Origin: Eledone cirrhosa | Lineage: Eukaryota | Assembly (NCBI GenBank): GCA_964016885.1 | Contig: OZ024742.1 | Coordinates: forward strand, 125,736,001-125,800,000 | Length of the DNA: 64,000 nt | Direction of reading: 5' to 3' | Shown: in pieces, positions 55,985 through 64,000 of the stretch | How the letters are laid out: each line of letters begins with the position of its first letter | Numbering within the stretch: the first letter of the stretch is position 1 | Made by a program: the position numbers and the translations under genes | The notes under the pieces: model-generated | The model's database searches: none | What the model was told of the DNA's origin: nothing | The model's input: the letters and a program-made list of their open reading frames with translations, nothing else

Positions 55985-56966
55985 TAGAGAACGTGAGGCC
56001 GCCTGTGAGACGTGGGACCGGCTGGGACTTAGCCCAGTAGACGTCCCTCCTCCTTCTCCCCCTGTTGACGTCAAGTCCCCCCAACGCACTTGGGATGCCA
56101 TCCAGTGCAGCCTGGCCTCAGACAGGCTCACACGCCAGCTCGACCAGCACCGCCTTGCTTGTTTTTGTGCGGCCTCCAAACCCCACAATGGTGCCTGGCT
56201 CCATGCTCTGCCCTCTTTCTCCACTGGCACGCAGCTAGACAACCATAGCCTGCGAATCGGCGTTTCCCTGAGGCTCAGCCTCCGGATCTGCCAGCCACAC
56301 CAATGTCGCTGCGGTTCCACCGTGGACTCTTTCGGCATCCACCCGCTTTCCTGTCGCCACAGTGCCGGCCGCATTCCACGCCATACTGCCCTCAACGAGG
56401 TCATTAAGCATGGCTTGGACGCTGCAGGCTTCCCTTCCCAGCTCGAGCCGGTGGGGGTTGGATCGAGGGGACGGCAAAAGGCCAGCTGGCATGACCATCT
56501 TCCCGTTCCGCGGTGGCAAACCCCTCGTCTGGGATGCACTTGCACCGACACTTTCTGCAGCCACAACCTGGTGCAGTCTGCGACTGACCCAGGTTCTGCT
56601 GCACGTCGGGCTGAAGGGGCCAAACTCCTCAAATACCGGTCGCACTCCGACAGGTTTGCGGTCGTTCCCCTGGCAGTGGAAACTTCTGGTGTCCTCGGCC
56701 CCAGGGCTACCTCTTTACTCACCACCATAGGCGCTGAGCTGGCCAGCCGTAGGTGTGAGCCCCGCGAGTTGGAGTGGCTTTTCCAGCGCGTCTCCCTTGC
56801 CGTCCAGCGGGGAAACGCTTTCTCCATTCTGTCCGCCGGGGCTGTGGGTGGGCCCCATCGCGCACCAATACATTAGTTAAATACCATTCTTTCATCTCAT
56901 ACATATATACATGATTAGCTACATTATGGCGAATACATTGATGTTTTATTAAAAAAAAAAAAAAAA
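55985..56966 (+). mobile_element. CRE-like non-LTR retrotransposon 3' end (zinc knuckle plus restriction-like endonuclease), frameshifted, with poly(A) tail
   Basis: GAWLHALP, CRCG..H.LSC, RH..LN, DGKRPAG..LVWD, K..KY, PLAVETSG and FQRVSLAVQRGNA. A16 at about 56951-56966. Confidence 0.85.
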
Positions 56967-57202
56967 TGTATACATACTATTAGTAGGATTTTCAAGGAAC
57001 CAAATTTTCATATTCTCCATTATGATGACTGATAATTAGTGTTTGCAGACCGTACATACAATTTTTCATATTGGAAGTTACGAACCTTTGTCAACAAATG
57101 CTATCTATTAATACATATATACATACATAAACACGCGCACATTCACACACGCGCGCGAATGCACACACGCGCGCGCACGCACACATACATGTATATATAT
57201 AT

Positions 57203-60200
57203 GCCAGCCGTAGCGCCGTAAATCGTTTCGACCTCCGCCACCGTTCCAAACGGAATAACATCACACGGGGCGAACTCCTTGCTCTCCGCTCCCTCCGTAG
57301 CCGAGATGACATCGTCATCAAACCGGCGGACAAGGGAGGCGCCGTGGTGGAGTGGTGCGCGGACCTCTACACGACCGAAGTCCTCAGGCACCTCCGTAAC
57401 ACCCTCTTCTACCGCCCTCTACCCTCCGACCCACACCCCTCTACCAACAACAAGTTTGCTCCACCATCCAACACCTTGTCTCCTCCTCCATTCCCCCGCC
57501 CCAGCGCTTCCCACCTCATCGTCCGCACTCACGCACCCCCACCATCTACTTCCTCCCCAAACTCCACAAGCCCGACAACCCCGGCCGCCCCATCGTCTCC
57601 GCTTGCAACTGCCCCACCGAACTCATCTCCGCCTTTCTTGACTCCATCCTCGCCCCCCTTGTCACCACCCTCCCCTCCCACATCTCCGACACCAACCACG
57701 CCCTGTGCCTTTTCGACTCCTTCACCTACCCACCCGGCCCACAGCCCTTCCTCTTCACCCTAGATATCAAGTCCCTCTATACCGTCATCCCCCACGCCGA
57801 CGGCCTACTTGCCCTCAAGCACTACCTCATTCTTCGCCCCTCCCCCATCCCCTCCTTCGCCTCGCCTAGCTGGTCCTCACCCTCAACTGTTTCTCCTTCT
57901 CGTGTGAGTTTTACCAACAGGTCACAGGGGTAGCCATGGGTACAAGAATGGGCCCAAACTATGCCAACCTTTTTGTTGGCCATGTTGAGGCCCAAATCTT
58001 TGCCCAGTACACCGGCCCCACGTCCGAACTGTACGGTCGTTACATCGACGACTGTATCGGAGCCACGACCCTCACCCGAGAACAGCTCGACCTCTTTCTC
58101 TCCTTCTTCTGCTCCTTCCACCCCTCCCTCCACTTCACCACCTCTATCTCCACCACCCACGTCCACTTCTTAGACATCTCCGTCGCCTTCGACCCCTCCC
58201 ACCACTCCCTCGTCACCTCCGCCTTCTTCAAACCAACCGACTCCCACTTCTACCTCGACTTCACCTCTTCCCACCCTACACACACTAAACAATCTATTCC
58301 CAACTCCTCATGATCCGCCGCATCTGTAGCCGAGATGCTGACTTTGAGTCCCAGGCCCTTTCCCTAGTCAGCCATTTCATCCGCAGAGGTTACCCCCATT
58401 CTCTCGTCCACACCGCTCTCACCCGCGCCTGTGCTGTCCACCACCCTCACCCCACGCCACCGCACACCCACCCACCGTCTCCCCTTTCCCATCACCTACC
58501 ACCCATCCACCATACCTCTCCACCGCACCATCCTCCGCCTCTTCTGACGCCTCCAGTCCGACCCCTCCTCCTCCCAGATCTTCCCAGACCCACCACTCCC
58601 CTCCTTCAAACGCGCACGCAATCTCCGCCCCCCCCCTCATCCACAGCTCCCTACCCCCCAACCCACGCTCTCCCCCCCCCCGGTTCCCTTCCCTGTTCCA
58701 GGCCCCGCTGCAACACCTGTCCCCACATCACCAACACCACCACCTTCCAGGGTCCCAACGGCCACACTCTCTCTGCACCTCCGCCAACCTAGTCTACGGA
58801 CTTCGCTACACGGAGTGCAGCGCAACCTACGTCGGACAGACTGGACGTCGCTTGGCGGACCGGTTTACTGAACACCTCCGTGATATTCGTCTCGGTGGTA
58901 GTTCCCCCATCGCCAGCCACTTTGGTACCCCTGGTCAGTCTGTGGTCTACTCCAATTTTCACCGCCCACCCCACAACTAACAATACTAACACCTCCACCC
59001 CACACCCGACCACCCTTCCCCAACTAACATACTTACATCCCTCCCTTCTTCTCCCCCCTCTCCTTATCACACGCACACACCCACCGGTACATATATACAC
59101 GCGCTCACACTAAACACACACCCTACTACCACCACTAACCCTCACCACCCCGCAACTAACATCACTAACACCCCCCGACCCCACGCACACGAACACACAC
59201 ACCCACTTACACCACCCACTCTACACGCAACTAACATCACTAACACCCCCAACCCTACGCACACGAACACACACACCCTCTTACACCACCCACTCTACAC
59301 ACGCTACCACCACTGACCCCCACTCACACCCGCATTCGACCCTTTCCCCACCTCCAGTATACTAACACCCACTAACACCCCCTTCACCACACACACACTC
59401 ATCCAAACACGCACACACACACCAGTACACTACACTCCCTCCACCGGCCCCCACACCCTTCTCTCCCCGCTCCACCCACACCCTTTCTCACACACACACA
59501 CATCCCACTAACACCTCTACTAATACACACACACACCCTCCTCACTCCAACTTTCACACCTACCCATCCTCTCCCCTGTCCACCGCACCTCCGCACACAC
59601 TGACACACCGACTTTCTTCACTTACCATTCTACCCGAATGCTGCTATGCCCTTATCTCTGACCACCTCCCCGCACACACAGACACACAACCCTCCTCCTG
59701 CCTTGACCCTCTGACCACTTCCTGTTGTGCGCGCACCCCACATCTCCCCTCTTCCGACCAACCACGGATTACACATATTGAACATCGATCCCTAGAATCC
59801 ACCACATCACAAGGATATTACCCAGCATTCCACCACATCCTCTACGGAACTATCTTAAGGACTCACCCACTGACATACACTCAAAAAAATTTTTTTCCCG
59901 CACGCCACCTACATCCACAACACGCATAAACACCACACACACGTGCGTACCACCACATATTTACACACTCAGCCTCCGGAATCCTCTCCCTCCACCCCTC
60001 TGACCCCTCCCCATCCACACACGCACACACACTCCGACCTACACCCCACCCCATACACACCTCTTCCTGAACATGCAACCCCGTTCTTCCCCCAACTCTT
60101 ACTTTCACATACACACACACCACCTTCAGCCCTCCCCGCTCGGACCCCCCGCCTCCCTCTCCCCACTCCACACGCCACCACCCCTACACGCCCCACATCC

Positions 60201-60440
60201 TTCCACCACCTGTTTTACTTCATGTTTATTTTTATTTTTATTATGCTTTTATATTTAATTTCATTTGTACCGTTTCCTCTCACCACTCCCCTACACACCC
60301 TTGGAACTCTCTTCCCACACACTTTCACCCGAAGAAGGGCTTATGCCCGAAACGTCGTTCCCCACCACCACCCCACTCTCAAGAGCGTGAATCTAATAAA
60401 CCTTTGTTCGTACCCGTTTTGTTCCCGTTCAATTTGTTAC
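57203..60440 (+). mobile_element. Neptune-type Penelope-like element: frameshifted RT and GIY-YIG (57203-~58940) with a long C/A-rich 3' UTR
   Basis: IVIKPADKGGAVV, GRPIVS, LDIKSLYT, GVAMGTRMGPNYANLF, RYIDD, HFLD, KPTDSH.YL, CSRPRCNTC and YVGQTGRRLADRFTEH. Confidence 0.92.
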
Positions 60441-60469
60441 TATATATATATATATAGATAGATAGATAG

Positions 60470-63400
60470 ATAGATAGATTTCTTTATTTGCCACAAGGGC
60501 GCACAAGAAAAGGGGTCAATACAAAGACATACCGGGGATTTTACATACAGTCGTGTAAAAAATATAAAAACAAACAATTACAACAATCGAAATCCCTAAT
60601 AGGGGGGAAGCGCCACAAATGGGTTGTTTAATACCCCGTCGATAGAACAACCATCAACTCCTGGAGCGTGTTGTGCAAGTGCTCCTTTCTTCCTTTTGCC
60701 CTCTTCTTCAACCTACAGGCTTATAAACAGAGAGGCACAATCGCTCGGGCCATTTTCGCTTCATTCGCCCACCTTTCAGTAAATTTACTGGGGTGCAGTG
60801 CCTCTCTCTCCACTCTGATTCTCCTTCTAAAGTGATACTTAAAGAAGGGAATCAATTGTTGTCCGGAGAGAAAGGCATCTGTCCTCGTTCACCTTTTAAC
60901 TTCTTTCACCATAGCCACCGTACAGAGGAAAACCTCCTCTCTTTCGTTTTTGAAAGAGACTGGCTGTTTGAGCCTTACTATGGACTCGGCAGTCAACTGG
61001 ATTTGTCCCATACGCGACAGCAGTTGTTCTGCATAGTTCCACAGGTCGGTTACGCCCGGGCAGTGTACAATTGCGTGCAGAACTGTTTCAATGTCCTGCG
61101 CGTATCTTGGACACGTCCTCTTGGAAGGATCCCTGCCAGGGCGTCCGTGCCTATAGATCTTGTCACGAACCGGTAGAGCTTCTCGGTAGCACTGCCAGGC
61201 CAGGGACCTCTGGAAGTTGTCCATAGGTTCCGGGCGGAAAGTCCTACCAAACAGACTGGTGAGCTCATCGTCGTCGTCGACGCCTAGAGTCTCTCCGAGC
61301 ACGTCGTCGCCCTTGTAACGTACAATCCCTCTATAGAATGTCGAAAAGGAGTCTCCACTGATTGCTGTACCCGCTTGCCAGAGGACTATGAGCGCCTGAG
61401 CGCATTCAATGTGCCAGGCGCCCATCGTTTTCGGTCTTTTCTTGACCCAGGACTGCAGCTTACAAACGGTGCCCACACCGGTTGGAGGTCGGTGAGGAAT
61501 ACTTGGAGATCCCGCTACCTCAGCGCATGTTTGCGCATCATCAGCCACGGGTTTCCCAGCCCTCCGTTGGAAGGGTGCTGACAGCAGACGGATATCCTCA
61601 CCAGCGGAGCCTGCTTCTTCCACAGAAACTGGAAGAGCATGCGTTCCATCTTGGCGAGGTGTTCAAGGGGACAAGGCACGACAGTCAAGCGGTAGTAGAT
61701 GACGGACGCTATGAAGGTGTTCGCCACCTCCACTCGACCTTTCAAGGACAGTTTGCACTCTGCCCACTTCTGGGTGAGTGCAAACACCTTGGCCGTGACC
61801 TCGTTCCAGTTTTTCTCCACCTGGAGGTCTGGACCGAACCAGATCCCGAGCAATTTCACCGGTCCGTCTGTCCAGCGTCCAACGATGCTGTCGGACGTCA
61901 TCGGTTTGCCTCTCCACGTACCGAGTTGCAAACCGACAGACTTGTCTGGGTTTAGTTTTGCTCCCGTCAGCGTTTCGTATTCTTTCAGTAAGTTGCCGAT
62001 CACCCCGATTTCCGAGGTGCTCGACACCATTACCGTCACGTCGTCGGCATAAGCCGGCGCCGCTTTGCGCAGTCCTGGTTCTAGAGGGATGTCCTGCAAC
62101 AGCTCCAATTTCTGCAGTAGTGGCTCTAGAGTCAATACATACAGAATGGAGGAGAGATGGCACCCCTGTCGAATGGAACGCGTGATTGCGAACGGCTCCG
62201 ATAAGTAGCCGTTCACCTTGACCCTCGAGCAGATGCTGGTGTGCATCGCCTCGATCCAGCCTCTGAAAACGGGACCGAAGCCTTGAGAACCGCTTCCATT
62301 CGATGGTCGACCCTATCGAATGCCTTAGACTGATCCAAATTGATCAGAGCCCCACCGAAGCCGGGTTTACTACCCACCCTCTCTTTGATGTATCGCATGA
62401 GGTGGAGGTTGTCGTGTATGGACCTTGTCGGGATTGCACACGTTTGCGCTTTCCCTACCAGGTTCTCGACGACAAGTGCCAAGCTCGTCGCTAGCACCTT
62501 GGCCAAAATCTTTAACTCTGTGTTGAGAAGAGTTATGGCCCTGAAGTTGTTAATTTTGTCCCCCTTGTTCTCGTCTTTCCTGATCGGCGTTACTACGCCC
62601 TTGCCTGCAGAACTGGGAATTCTCCCGTTCTGCTGCCAATTGCAGTAGACGGCTTCGAGGACGCCAGAGAACAAGTCAGGCATGCCTATGTAAAACTCAT
62701 TGGGTATACCATCTAGACCGGATGACTTTCGTTTCCCGCAGCGGCCCAGAGCGTCCCGTATCTCAGTGTCCGTGATCGGTCTTTCGCAGAACTCGGCGTC
62801 CGTGTTTGAGAGACGCGGCAGGCCGTCGAGGTATGAACTCAAATCCATTGCCCCGTTCGGCTCACCGTCGTTCTGCTCAAACAGTCGCGCAAAGTGCTGC
62901 TGAAAGGCCGCGCACATTTGCTTGGGGTCAAGTAGTACGCGTCCGTTTTGGTATTTCAAAGACCGAATCGTGGACTTGTTCCCACTTTTCGCCTCCGCCA
63001 CTCGGGCCGAGCTGACAGCTTTCGCTCCTTCGTTTCCTAGAGCACGTGTTTTGCTTCTGAACACGCAGCCTTCGTGTTTCGTATCGTAGAACTGGTCCAG
63101 TGCCGTTCTCGACGCTAACACTCTAGCCGCGTTGCCACTTCTAAGTGCCTCCTCTACCTTGGCTACTAGTTCTCTTTCTATTTTGTTTTTCTCTAAGGCT
63201 AACTCTCTGCTAAACCCTATCGATTCTATTTTAATTGCTTTCTTGAGAGAGTACCACCATTTATTGTTGACGATGGCTCCCGTTAACTGTTGCTTGACTA
63301 GTCTACTTATCCGTTCACTGTAAGGTTTACGTGCCGGCAACGACACATTCAGCTTCCAGTATCCGGGTCCTTGTCTATGTATTCTATCAGGGTTGACTAA

Positions 63401-64000
63401 GCAGACGACTAATTTGTGATCTGAATAGGCAACCATGTGCATTCGTGGACAGGTTAACATCTCCTTGTCCCTTTCTCTAATAAAGACCCTATCTAAATAC
63501 GATCTAGATGTCCCGCTGCGGTTTGCCCACGTCCACAGTGGTGCAGTAGGGAAATCCAGTCGATACCTATCGGCCAGTTGGAATCGGCCGATTAAAGTTT
63601 TGAGGCTGTTGCACCCCCCTCTACTGGGACATGCTCCCACATAGTCGCATCATGCATCTAGGATACCATTCCAGTCCCCCACTAAAAGTAAGGAGCGAGA
63701 CGTTCCCAGAAAAGACTCTAGACGCTTAAAGAAGCCTGGCCGTGATTGCAATTGCCCGGTCGGGACATAAACGGCCACCAATCTGAAGGCTCCAATACTG
63801 TTCACGTCTAGGACTACCAGTCTACCCTCCGGGTCCAAGTGTACTTGCTGTACTTCGACGTCCAGGTTCTTCCGAAACAGGACAGCCACTACCCCTCCAC
63901 CTTCTGGCTGACAGAGAGATGCGTAGATCTCAAAGTCGTCGAAGATGGGTGTTAGTTGCTGCTTGTTGTGGATCCTGGACTCGGTGATGGTTATCACATC
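60470..64000 (-). mobile_element. Tx1-clade (L1 group) LINE, ORF2 broken into several frames, continuing beyond the window
   Basis: APE domain (ITESR, GDWN, WTW..SYLDRVF, SDHK, GYWKLN). RT (GLDGIPNEFY, FRAITLLN, LDQSKAFDRVDH, IRQGCHLS, YADDV). C-terminal CPR..ETVLHAIVHC. Ends AATAAA then (TATC)n. Confidence 0.92.

Noticed and set aside
55919-56827. 302-aa minus-strand ORF
   Set aside because: Antisense shadow of the GC-rich CRE coding region.

Overview
AT-rich, microsatellite-laden animal genomic DNA. The SINE repertoire and (TA)n/(CA)n density suggest an octopus or other cephalopod (inference). No intact host gene is evident, and most ORF-track entries are microsatellite artefacts. The window is a transposon graveyard. 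It holds many Penelope-like elements (PLEs) and non-coding derivatives inserted into (TA)n tracts, RTE, CR1, CRE and Tx1 LINE fragments, a Chapaev3-type DNA transposon with TIRs and TSD, a non-autonomous Helitron, a hAT MITE and more than 15 copies of a tRNA-derived SINE. The most striking unannotated signal is a set of about 10 type I hammerhead ribozymes (HHRs) from several unrelated families. Two carry a compensatory U3-A8 core (TTGAAAA), and several have long stem II insertions. Two sit in non-coding partial-tandem units of 528 and 431 bp that resemble retrozymes. Terminal inversion junctions repeatedly fall inside the ribozyme. All RNA structures were derived by eye and need covariance-model and biochemical confirmation.
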